Shown piece by piece: positions 14,716 through 24,235 of a stretch of DNA of 64,000 bases. Position 1 is the stretch's first letter; every line of letters begins with the position of its first letter. The DNA comes from Octopus vulgaris (taxonomy: Eukaryota), in the NCBI GenBank assembly GCA_951406725.2, contig OX597814.1, positions 62,310,001-62,374,000 of the forward strand, in the 5' to 3' direction. Under the pieces are notes generated by a model. It was not told the DNA's origin, made no database searches, and saw only the letters and a list, made by a program, of their open reading frames with translations. The translations under genes and the position numbers were made by a program.

Positions 14716-14865
14716 TCACATCACATGACTGCTGGTCTCAATGTGCTTCGCATTGTTTTAGCCTTCAAATGATGCCACCATGCAGAAGAAAGATTGAGAG
14801 AAAGTATGGTGAAAGAGTAGAGCAAGGATTGCCACCATCCCCTGCTGAAGTCTCGTGGAACTTTA
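14716..14865 (-). mobile_element. Partial SINE, family C
   Basis: Reverse complement of the 3' part of 23802-24105 (cttcgcattgttttagccttcaaatga). Confidence 0.7.
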
Positions 14866-15105
14866 TATGTGTGTGTGTATATATATATTTATATACAAAA
14901 TAAGAAATGGAGGAATACACACACACTGACTATTGCAATGCAATTACTTTAGTCCCAACATGTATGATCCCCAATCGTAATTGCCAAAAAGTACAATTCA
15001 GGTGAAGCATAGTCGTTATATTTAAATAATTGTTTGTGGTTGTAGAAGAAATGTATTGTTTGTAACAATTTTGTGAAATAGTTTGTTTTTATCTTCTCTT
15101 TCTAG

Positions 15106-15133
15106 CTTATTATAATGGTGGGATATCCTGCAG
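15106..15133 (+). CDS. PNKP: PNKP 28-nt micro-exon (LIIMVGYPA, first half of Walker A)
   Basis: Polypyrimidine tract with tctag acceptor, gtatgt donor; phase 0-1; joins the next exon to give GYPAAGKST. Confidence 0.9.
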
Positions 15134-16452
15134 GTATGTACTCTTTCTCAAGTGGATTACTTTGTTCATGTTTTACCTTTGTCCCTAATTTATTTTTTTA
15201 TATGATAGTGTGGCAACACAAATTGATCAATTAAACAAGGTAATGAAATACTGCTGTTTTTTGCAACCTTTTACTGTTAAGGGATTTTTTAGCTAGCTGT
15301 GACATTTTATGATGTAATGAATACAATTTCCTCTGAGAAAAGAAACACCTCTCTCTTTCTCTCTCCCCCTCTCATCATTACCATGGCCTGCACTTCGATA
15401 AATAAAAAATAATTCCAGTCATGTCTAACCATATGTAGACAGGTCAGGAATGTTATATTTATCATTTTTATTCTTTTTTATTGTACTCATTGTAGAAAAG
15501 GCAACAAGAAAGCAAGATATTGTATTAAGAGCTCAACTCATTTGAATTGAATTTATTTACATAAAGTTTATCTAATAATTAGGTTATAAAAGCAAGATAC
15601 ATTATTCCACAAAGTGGGAATAATTCTCTATTTGCTTGTTCTCAGATCATATAACAAGTTAGTATGTGTTCAGGAGCTAAAAGCATTTTGAGCCCTAATT
15701 ATGAAGCTAAGTCTTAATTGCTGCCATATTGCATAATGTAACGAATAATTTCTCTGATGCTGTTTTTTTTTTTTAGCAGATGAACTGGTATGTGTCTCAG
15801 AACTGGTTTTAGATAACTCTCTCTCTTTTAATGTTACCAGTTTATTAATTAGCAGTTAATTAATAATGTTTTTTAATTGTTACAAGTTAATAGATGTATT
15901 GGAATACATCAATGGCATTTAATGAAAAATCTTGAAAGGCCCTAAAATTTTGAGAGATATGCTGGTTATGAATTTTGATGCACCAAACAGAAGGCAACAC
16001 AGTTTATTGTGCATTAGCAATACTCTCTGACCATTGTGTATATACACATTCAAGAACATTACAATAACACCTTCCAGAATATAGTTGTTGCAGTTATTAG
16101 GAGTATACAATGGGAGAATCAAAAATGTATATATTAACCTTTAAAATCACAAATTAACACCTATGAAGTCTTGTCGAAAGTTCAACTGATTTAAATATCT
16201 CATTTAACCCTTCTTGTTATGCAAATTGTAGCAGGTTTTTTTAAATTTATTCTTTCTTTCAATAAAATTTTTTTCATTGTTAAGGTTATGTAATTATAGT
16301 GTAAATTCATTTTTCTTTGTGTTCAGCGTTTTAATGGCTTTCATCACCCTTTTCATTTAATTTACAAAGAGCTTGTTAATTTGAAGCTATGATTTTAAAA
16401 ATATTTTTTATGTATTTTGTTTGTTTTTACATTTTTCAAATTTCAATTCCAG

Positions 16453-16514
16453 CTGGAAAAAGTACCCTTGTAAAAGCTTATCTTGAGCCTGCTAACTATG
16501 TTCAAATTAATCGT
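16453..16514 (+). CDS. PNKP: PNKP exon, 62 nt (AGKSTLVKAYLEPANYVQINR)
   Basis: ttccag acceptor, gtaagt donor; GKST of the P-loop. Confidence 0.93.
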
Positions 16515-16679
16515 GTAAGTATGTATTTTTTCCCTTAAATTTTCTTTGCAGGCAACAGTTTGACACAATGGTAAATTGTTGGTAAACCAAATCTAATAGT
16601 TGGTTTTAATCTCCATTTGAAATCACTTCAGTTAAGTAACTAATGGAAAAAAAAAGAAGCAAAAACAACAAAAAGGTGC

Positions 16680-17040
16680 AGATGTGGCTGCGTGGTAAAA
16701 AGCTTATTTCCCAACCACATGATTCCAGGTCCACTCCACCTCATGAGACCTTGGGCAAGTTTTTCTACTATAGCCTCAAGCCGACCAAAGCTTTGTGAGT
16801 GGATCTGATAGCCAGAAGCTGAAAACAAGCCCATTTTATTAATATATATTTATATATGAATACATGTGTGTCTGTATTTGTCCTCCACTGCCACTTGACA
16901 ACTGGTGTTGGTGTGTTTATGTCACCGTAACTTAGCAGTTCTGCAAAAGAGACCAATAGAATAAGTACCAGACTTAAAAAAAAAAAAGTACCAGGGTTGA
17001 TTCCTTCAACTAAAAATTCTGCAAGTCAGTGCTTCAGCTA
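16680..17040 (+). mobile_element. tRNA-like SINE, family A
   Basis: gtggctgcgtggtaa head and ttgtgagtggat core; reverse complement of the 58250-58634 family. Confidence 0.75.
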
Positions 17041-17289
17041 AAGATAAAAGATAAATGCTTTACCTTTTCATGTACCTCATCTTCCCTGTAAATTGGAAGA
17101 CTCTATATCAAAATTTTTTTTAATGTGTAGAGTCAACACAAATTAAATTGTTGAATTTTATCATTATAGGTTTATTGCTACAAGATTTTGTGTTCAAAGT
17201 TTGCCATGTTCAGATTTATTTTTCCTCATAGTTAACTAGCAGAGATACCCAGCATTGCTCAGGATTAAAATGGCATAGTTTTTTATTGT

Positions 17290-17652
17290 TTTACTTGTTT
17301 CAGTCATGTGATTTTGGCCGTGCTGGAGCACTGCCTTCAGTCGAGCAAATCAACCCCAAGATTTATTCTTTGTAAGCCTAGTATGTATTCTATCGGTGTC
17401 TTTTGCTGAAGCTGTAAGTTATGGGGATGTAAACACAGTAACATCGGTTGTTAAGCGATGGTGGGGGTAGAAACACAAACACGCACATACATGCACACAC
17501 ACACATGCACGCGCACACACATGCATACACACGCACACACACACACACACGCACACAAACAAATATACACACATATATATATATATATGACAGTCTTTCA
17601 GTTTCCGTGTATGAAATCCACTAACAGGACAATGGTCGGCCTGAGGCTATAG
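17290..17652 (-). mobile_element. SINE family A, head missing
   Basis: tacttgtttcagtcat...tcgagcaaatcaacccc...gaggctatag, cut by a (TA)n tract. Confidence 0.8.
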
Positions 17653-17654
17653 TG

Positions 17655-17698
<44 letters not shown>

Positions 17699-17721
17699 TG
17701 CACACATGTATATATATGTAT

Positions 17722-18106
17722 ATCAGTGCTGGTGGCACATAAGAGAACCATCCGAACGTGGCCGTTGCCAGTGCCGCCCTGACTGGCTTACGTGCCAGTG
17801 GCACGTAAAAAGCACCATCCGATCGTGGCTGTTTGCCAGCCTCGCCTGACCTCTGTGCCGGTGGCACGTAAAAAGCACCATCCGACCGTGGCCGTTTGCC
17901 AGACTTGTCTGGCACCTGTGCAGGTGGCACGTAAAAAGCACCCACTACACTCATGGAGTGGTTGGCGTTAGGAAGGGCATCCAGCCGTAGAAACATTGCC
18001 AGATCAGACTGGGCCTGGTGCAGCCTTCTGGCTTCCCAGACCCCAGTTGCACCGTCCAACCCATGCCAGCTTGGAAAGCGGACGCTAAACGATGATGATG
18101 GTGATG
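17722..18106 (+). mobile_element. RTE 3' UTR-only copy with four 58-59 bp repeat units
   Basis: gtggcacgtaaaaagcacc repeats, conserved terminal motif, (GAT)n tail. Confidence 0.88.
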
Positions 18107-18736
18107 TGTATATATATATATAATTAAAACAGTAAATAATAAATATATATATGGGTATGTATATACCAATAACTATATGCAAACAGCATGAAATGCATAA
18201 ACAACGAGAGAGAAAAAATGGTAAAGAGGACATGTAAACACAGAAATGACCCTTCATCAGTTGTTAGCTCTCTATCTACCCCTCATTTCGAGCATTCAAT
18301 GACAATACGAGCCTTTAAAGACAGTTGCTCCTATATATTCTAAAATAAAATTTAGGATGTATGGGGGGTCAAAGTTGGGAACAAAAACAGGACAGTAGAG
18401 ATATGCAAAGAAACCGAACAAAAACAAATATGGAGGGTCGTCAGACCAGAACAAGAGGAGAATAGTGAACTCTGGGAGAAATACATATATCATCATCATC
18501 ATCATCATCATCGTTTAACGTCCGCTTTCCGCGCTAGCACGGGTTGGACGGTTCGACCGGGTCTGGGAAGCCAGGGGCTGCTCCAGGCTCCAGTCTGAAT
18601 CTGGCAGAGTTTCTACGGCTGGATGCCCTTCCTAACGCCAACCACTCCGTGAGTGGATTGGGTGCTTTTTACGTGCCACCTGCACAGGGGCCGGAGGGTC
18701 CGGCATTGTCACGATCGGTTCGAGCATTTTAACGTG

Positions 18737-21700
18737 TCAGCGGCACGGGGGCAACGAGGTCCGGGGTACTTTGGGGATCGGGGTACTTTGGGGATCCAGG
18801 GTACTTTGGGGATCCGGGGTACTTAGAATGGGTAGGGGGTATGTGGAATTGCTGCAGAAAGCAGCCCGGGTCTTTGTAGTCACAGCATATCTCCAGAGAT
18901 CTCGGTCCTTCGCCATTGCCTCAGTGAGGCCCAATGCTCTGAGGTCATGCTTGACCACCTCATCCCATGTCTTCCTGGGTCTACCTCTCCCCCTGATACC
19001 TTCAACTGTTTGGGAGTGGCACTTCTTCACACATCTCTCTTCATCCATCCGCAGCACATGACCATACCATCGCAAGCGTCGCTCTTGCACACCACATCTG
19101 ATGCTTCTTATATCCAGCATTTCTCTCAGGATACTTACACTCTGTTTTGCGTGCACACTGACACTACACATCCAGCGGATCATGCTAGCTTCATTTCTTT
19201 CAAGTCTACGCATGTCTTCTGCAGTCACAGCCCATGTTTCATTACCGTGAAGCATGGCAGTTCGCACACATGCATCATACAATCTACCTTTTGCTCTGAG
19301 GGAGAGACCTTTTGTTGCCAGTAGGGGTAGGAGCTTTCTGAACTTTGCCCAGGCTATTCGTATTCTAGTGGTGATACTCTCTGTGCATCCACCTCCGCTA
19401 CTAACTTGGTCACCCAGGTAGCGGAAACTATCAACTACTTCTAGTTTCTCTCCCTGGAGTGTGATGGAATCTGTTTTCTGAGTGTCTGTTGTGTCTATTG
19501 TCCCTGTGCATCTGCCGCACATGAAAGCTATCTTATCTGTTAATTTCCCTTTAATGTTGCTGCACCTCTTATGTGTCCATAACTTACATTGGGTGCATCT
19601 TATGGAGTTTCTACCTGTACCTTTCCTACAGGTTGAGCAGGGCCACCTACCCGAGGGGATGTGTGCTGAGTACCTCTTGCTGCTTACTAATACTTTGGTC
19701 TTTGCTACATTTATTCTAAGGCCCTTTGATTCCAACCCTTGCTTCCACACCCGAAATTTCTCTTCTAGTTCCGGTAGTGATTCTGCTATGAGAGCTAGGT
19801 CATCGGCATAGAGGAGCTCCCAGGGGCATCCCGTTTTGAATTCCTCTGTTATTGCCTGAAGGACTATGATGAATAAAAGGGGACTGAGGGCTGAGTCCTG
19901 GTGCACACCTACTTCTACCCGGAATTCTTCACTATATTCGTTGCCAATCCTAACCTTGCTGACAGCCTCTCTGTATAGAGCCTGTACAGCCCTTATTAGC
20001 CATTCTTCAATCTCCAGTTTCCGCATCGACCACCAGATAAGGGAACGGGGAACCCTGTCAAAGGCTTTCTCCAAGTCTACAAAAGCTATGTAGAGGGGTT
20101 TATCTTTAGCTAGGTACTTCTCCTGCAGTTGTCGGACCAGGAATATAGCATCAGTGGTGCTTCTACCTGGTACAAAACCGAACTGCATTTCATCTAAACA
20201 AATTCTCTCCCTAATGAGATTGGTTATGACCTTCTCTGAGACCTTCATCACCTGGTCCAACAGTTTGATACCTCTGTAGTTATTTCTATCTAGAGCATCA
20301 CCCTTACCCTTGTAGCAGTTGACTATGGTGCTGCTGCACCAGTCATTGGGTATGACTCCATTGTGAACTACCTGGTTTACAATGCGGGTGACTATGGCAT
20401 AGCCCACATAGCCAGCTGTTTTAAGCATCTCAGCAGTGATTCCTGATAGGCCAGGGGCTTTGCCTGGTTTCATATCCTTAATTGCCTTATCTACAAGGGA
20501 GCTGTCTATTCGGATAGCTGGTCCCTCTACTGGGTCAACATTTGGCAGGCTCTCCTCCTCCCATTCATTCTCCTCATTCAGCAGTCTTTCATAATGGCTT
20601 CTCCAAGCCTCTTTCTTTTCACTAGTAGTAAAAGCAAGTGCCCCATCATCCATGCGGACACATTTCTCTCCTATAACATCGCTATTTTCTCTGACACACT
20701 GTCTGGCAATCCGAAATACTTCAGCTCTTTGATCCTCGCGACGCTGGACATTGGCAAACTTCTTCTTTTCTGCTACATCTTTGGCAATGTATACCTGCCG
20801 CCCAGCCTCCCTTTTGGCTATCTGGTACAGTTCCCTGCTGCCCCCATCCTTCCAGGCTTTCCAGGCCCGTCTCTTTTCACAGATGGCTTTATCTACTGCA
20901 CTATTCCACCACCACGTAATTCTAGGTCTGGAAGGGACTTTGCACCATCCACAGACTTGGTCTGTGACACTCAACAAGCTGTCCCGTAGGAATTCCCAGC
21001 TACCTTCTATGTCTGACGTCTGAAGCTCCTCCTCCCTCTCATCAAATTTCTTGATGAGTATGTCCCTAAATTTCTGACCATGCGAAGGGTTCTTTAGCCT
21101 CCAAATCCTTCTTTTCTGGATTGGTTTGTTTCTTGGAGTCCTTCTGGCCTCAAGCTTAAAGTCACTGATGATTAGTCTATGCTGAGGGATACATTCTTCA
21201 CCCGGAAGGGTCTTTGTATTCAAGAGCAACCCTGCATCCCGTTGTCTGGTGAGGATGAAGTCTATTTGGCTAGCGGAGTCTCCTGACTGATATGTTATAA
21301 GGTGGCAGACTGGCTTCTTGAAGTTAGTGTTGCAGATTGAAAGGTTACATGCATCACAGAATTCCAGCAGTCTAGTTCCCTCATCATTTCTGGTGCCAAT
21401 ACCATAGCCACCATGTACCCCAGTGAAGATACCCGATTCCCGCCCAACATGCCCATTAAAATCTCCACCTACAAAGATGAGGTCCTTGTTACTAGTCTTT
21501 GAAGTAGCCTGCAGAAGGGTATCATAAAAGTTGTCCTTCTGATCATTTGGTAGTCCCGCTTGTGGGGCATAGGCTGAGATAATCATAGCTGTGCCACTCT
21601 GTAGGACCAACCTGAGCTTAAGCACTCTATCACAAACCCTGACAACCTCTATGACCTTATCCACCCATTCCTCCGCAAGGAGAATGCCTACACCCCCTAC

Positions 21701-21856
21701 ACCTTCCGCGTTACCTTGCCAGTAGAGTTTGTATCTAAGTGCCTTGCCCGTGAGGACCCTAGCCGAAGCATCTCTCCATCTTACCTCTTGTATGCAGCAT
21801 ACATCAACCTGTCTTCTCTCTAGCATCTCTACAATCTCACTAGACTTGCCTGTCAA
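18737..21856 (-). CDS. RTE ORF: APE endonuclease + reverse transcriptase + C4HC3 finger
   Basis: CIQEVRW, SAYAP, GDFNGHVG, QIDFIL (APE); DLEKAFD, HQDSALSP, LLYADD (RT); no internal stop over 1039 codons. The true start is probably upstream (see findings); QG-to-QD in RT motif B may impair activity. Confidence 0.95.
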   Translation of the reverse strand: MTGKSSEIVEMLERRQVDVCCIQEVRWRDASARVLTGKALRYKLYWQGNAEGVGGVGILLAEEWVDKVIEVVRVCDRVLKLRLVLQSGTAMIISAYAPQAGLPNDQKDNFYDTLLQATSKTSNKDLIFVGGDFNGHVGRESGIFTGVHGGYGIGTRNDEGTRLLEFCDACNLSICNTNFKKPVCHLITYQSGDSASQIDFILTRQRDAGLLLNTKTLPGEECIPQHRLIISDFKLEARRTPRNKPIQKRRIWRLKNPSHGQKFRDILIKKFDEREEELQTSDIEGSWEFLRDSLLSVTDQVCGWCKVPSRPRITWWWNSAVDKAICEKRRAWKAWKDGGSRELYQIAKREAGRQVYIAKDVAEKKKFANVQRREDQRAEVFRIARQCVRENSDVIGEKCVRMDDGALAFTTSEKKEAWRSHYERLLNEENEWEEESLPNVDPVEGPAIRIDSSLVDKAIKDMKPGKAPGLSGITAEMLKTAGYVGYAIVTRIVNQVVHNGVIPNDWCSSTIVNCYKGKGDALDRNNYRGIKLLDQVMKVSEKVITNLIRERICLDEMQFGFVPGRSTTDAIFLVRQLQEKYLAKDKPLYIAFVDLEKAFDRVPRSLIWWSMRKLEIEEWLIRAVQALYREAVSKVRIGNEYSEEFRVEVGVHQDSALSPLLFIIVLQAITEEFKTGCPWELLYADDLALIAESLPELEEKFRVWKQGLESKGLRINVAKTKVLVSSKRYSAHIPSGRWPCSTCRKGTGRNSIRCTQCKLWTHKRCSNIKGKLTDKIAFMCGRCTGTIDTTDTQKTDSITLQGEKLEVVDSFRYLGDQVSSGGGCTESITTRIRIAWAKFRKLLPLLATKGLSLRAKGRLYDACVRTAMLHGNETWAVTAEDMRRLERNEASMIRWMCSVSVHAKQSVSILREMLDIRSIRCGVQERRLRWYGHVLRMDEERCVKKCHSQTVEGIRGRGRPRKTWDEVVKHDLRALGLTEAMAKDRDLWRYAVTTKTRAAFCSNSTYPLPILSTPDPQSTLDPQSTPIPKVPRTSLPPCR

Positions 21857-22383
21857 TGTACCAACATTGATAGTGCCAACTCTGAAAACTGGGAAGGAGA
21901 TGTGGGGGGGACGGGGGGATTCGGCGCCTGAGAAGAGGAGGGTTGTTGTGGTGGTGATAGTTTTCGTGGTATTTTTCTTTTGATCTCTCTTCCAACCTGA
22001 CCACGCCGTGGGCAGGAGCTGGTGTTAGCAGTGGACATTCGTTATCGTCACTGAGTAACGTAATTAGGTAGAGGAAAGAAATACAGATATTCTAGAGTTG
22101 AGTTGGGGAGGGGGGTCCAGTTGAGGCGGGTAATATAGGGGAGCAACCAGTGGGGAAGGTTGGGGTAAGGAGGAACGATGGCAGGAAGGGTTGGTGTAGG
22201 TTCGTAAGAAATAAAAACGTAGGATATTACGAGGCGGGAGGGTACTAAAAGGGGATGGTCAGATTGAGGCAGTGTCAGGAGGAAGCGTAAGATCGGTGGG
22301 CAGTTGATGAGCTATGGCGCTAGCAGCTTGTCTTTTCACAGTGAAAGCATATGAGGAGAAGGGGTAGTGGGGCGAGGAGGAGG

Positions 22384-22603
22384 GAGTAGGGCGTATCCGG
22401 TGTAGATGAGTAGGGCGTATCCGGTGTAGATGGTGAGAACAGGGTATACTGGTATTGGTGGTGGGGGTGAGAACAGTGTTCACTGGTATTGGTGGTGGCG
22501 GTGAGAACAGTGTTCACCGGTATTGGTGGTGGGGGTGAGAACAGTGTTCACCGGTATTGGTGGTGGGGGTGAGAACAGTGTTCATCGGTATTGGTGGTGG
22601 GGG
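22384..22603. repeat. RTE 5' UTR minisatellites: 24 bp x2 and 34 bp x5
   Basis: gagtagggcgtatccggtgtagat x2; ggtgagaacagtgttcaccggtattggtggtggg x5. Confidence 0.92.
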
Positions 22604-22617
22604 TGGGGGGCGGGCGC

Positions 22618-23230
22618 ACCGCCGATGGCGGAAAGATGGGAAAAGATGGGATTACGGCTTGAGGTAGCCTAAGGTTAAATTTCGTAGAGAGAGAGATAGG
22701 AAAGATAAATCAAGTTATGGCGAAGGCTTGAAAGTAGCCTAAAAGGTTAAATTTTCGTAGTGAGTGAGATGGGTAAGACGAATCAAGTTATCAATGTATG
22801 AATAAACGTAGTAACAACGAATAAAAATAGTAAGATAAATTTTTAAGAACTTGCTGCGGGCATCGACCGGGAGTTGAAATTGAAGAAGAAAGTAAGTTGA
22901 ATTGGGAATTTAAATTGCAGAATCGTAATGGTAATGGCGATTTTCAAGTTTTAGCATAAGAAGAAGAAGAGGAGGAAAGACCGCCGATGGCGGAAAGATG
23001 GGAAAAGATGGGATTACGGCTTGAGGTAGCCTAAGGTTAAATTTCGTAGAGAGAGAGATAGGAAAGATAAATCAAGTTATGGCGAAGGCTTGAAAGTAGC
23101 CTAAAAGGTTAAATTTTCGTAGTGAGTGAGATGGGTAAGACGAATCAAGTTATCAATGTATGAATAAACGTAGTAACAACGAATAAAAATAGTAAGATAA
23201 ATTTTTAAGAACTTGCTGCGGGCATCGACC
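22618..23230. repeat. 251-bp direct repeat, period 362 bp, at the RTE 5' end
   Basis: 22618-22868 and 22980-23230 look identical by eye. Confidence 0.93.
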
Positions 23231-23265
23231 ATATATATATATATATATACACATAAACAATTGCA

Positions 23266-23490
23266 GTGTGGAAGGTGTTTATAAGCCATTTAAAAAAACA
23301 CAGAAACTGTTAGATTCACTTCAACATTTAAATTTAATTTGCCAAAATATTTTCATATTTTTGAGACCACGACCTGATTACTGACTTGTCTCAAAGCAAC
23401 AAAAATATTTTGGCAAATTAAATTCAAATGATGAAGTGAATCTAACAGTTTTTTGTGTGTTTTTAAATGGCTTATAAACACTTTCCACGC
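23266..23490. repeat. Imperfect inverted repeat, arms about 100 bp
   Basis: 23266-23367 is the approximate reverse complement of 23388-23490; the unit is flanked by (TA)n. Confidence 0.88.
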
Positions 23491-23547
23491 TTTTCGTTTC
23501 AGTACATGCTCTCAGATCAGGTCACTTGCTATGTAAGTACATCTCCG

Positions 23548-23586
<39 letters not shown>

Positions 23587-23629
23587 CATATATATATATA
23601 CATATATATGTACATATATATCTATATAA

Positions 23630-23673
<44 letters not shown>

Positions 23674-23801
23674 CTGATTTCACTGCAGAGGGAACTTTTG
23701 AACACACTGTATATACATATATACACACACACATATATACATATACATACTATATGCACACACATATATACATACTATATGCACACATATATATATGTGG
23801 A

Positions 23802-24100
23802 GGCGCACTGGCCCAGTGGTTAGGGCAGCGGATTCACGGTCGTAGGATTGCGGTTTTGATTCCCAGACCGGGCATTGTGAGTGTTTATTGAGTGAAAACA
23901 TCGAAAGCACCACGAGGCTCCGGCAGGGGCTGGTGGCGATCCCTGCTGTACTCTTTCGCCACAACTTTCTCTTACTCTTCTGTTGACCTGCTCGCTTAGC
24001 CAGCGGGGTGGTGTCATTTGAAGGCTAAAACAATGCGAAGCGCATTGTGACCAGCAATGTGTAGCAACATCTGATAGCCTGGTCGGTCACGGTGATCACG

Positions 24101-24105
<5 letters not shown>
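23802..24105 (+). mobile_element. tRNA-derived SINE, family C
   Basis: A box tggcccagtgg, B-box-like ggttttgattcc, short repeated tail, embedded in TA repeats. Confidence 0.85.
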
Positions 24106-24154
<49 letters not shown>

Positions 24155-24235
24155 TGCATGCATATAAACAGTGATGACGATGATGATACACATACAAAGA
24201 TATACGTATACACACATGCTCACATATATATATAT

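Larger units (their letters stand above)
18490..23230 (-). mobile_element. Full-length RTE-clade LINE, about 4.7 kb
   Basis: Repeat-rich 5' UTR, single long APE+RT ORF, 3' UTR ending in (GAT)n, TA repeats on both sides. Confidence 0.96.

Noticed and set aside
17727-17945. Repeat-spacer appearance resembling a CRISPR array
   Set aside because: The spacers are homologous to each other, the array is part of an RTE 3' UTR, there are no cas genes and the context is eukaryotic.
18120-18485. Possible hammerhead (CTGATGA on the minus strand at 18254-18260) in a TA-flanked segment
   Set aside because: No GAAA or stem III found; may be a PLE 3' end but cannot be supported.
22980-23230. LTRs or an HDV-like ribozyme at the RTE 5' end
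   Set aside because: The direct repeats are both at one end with no TG..CA termini, and no HDV pseudoknot could be identified by eye.
23802-23872. tRNA gene (also 61869-61940)
   Set aside because: A/B boxes are present but there is no convincing cloverleaf and the sequence continues into SINE bodies.
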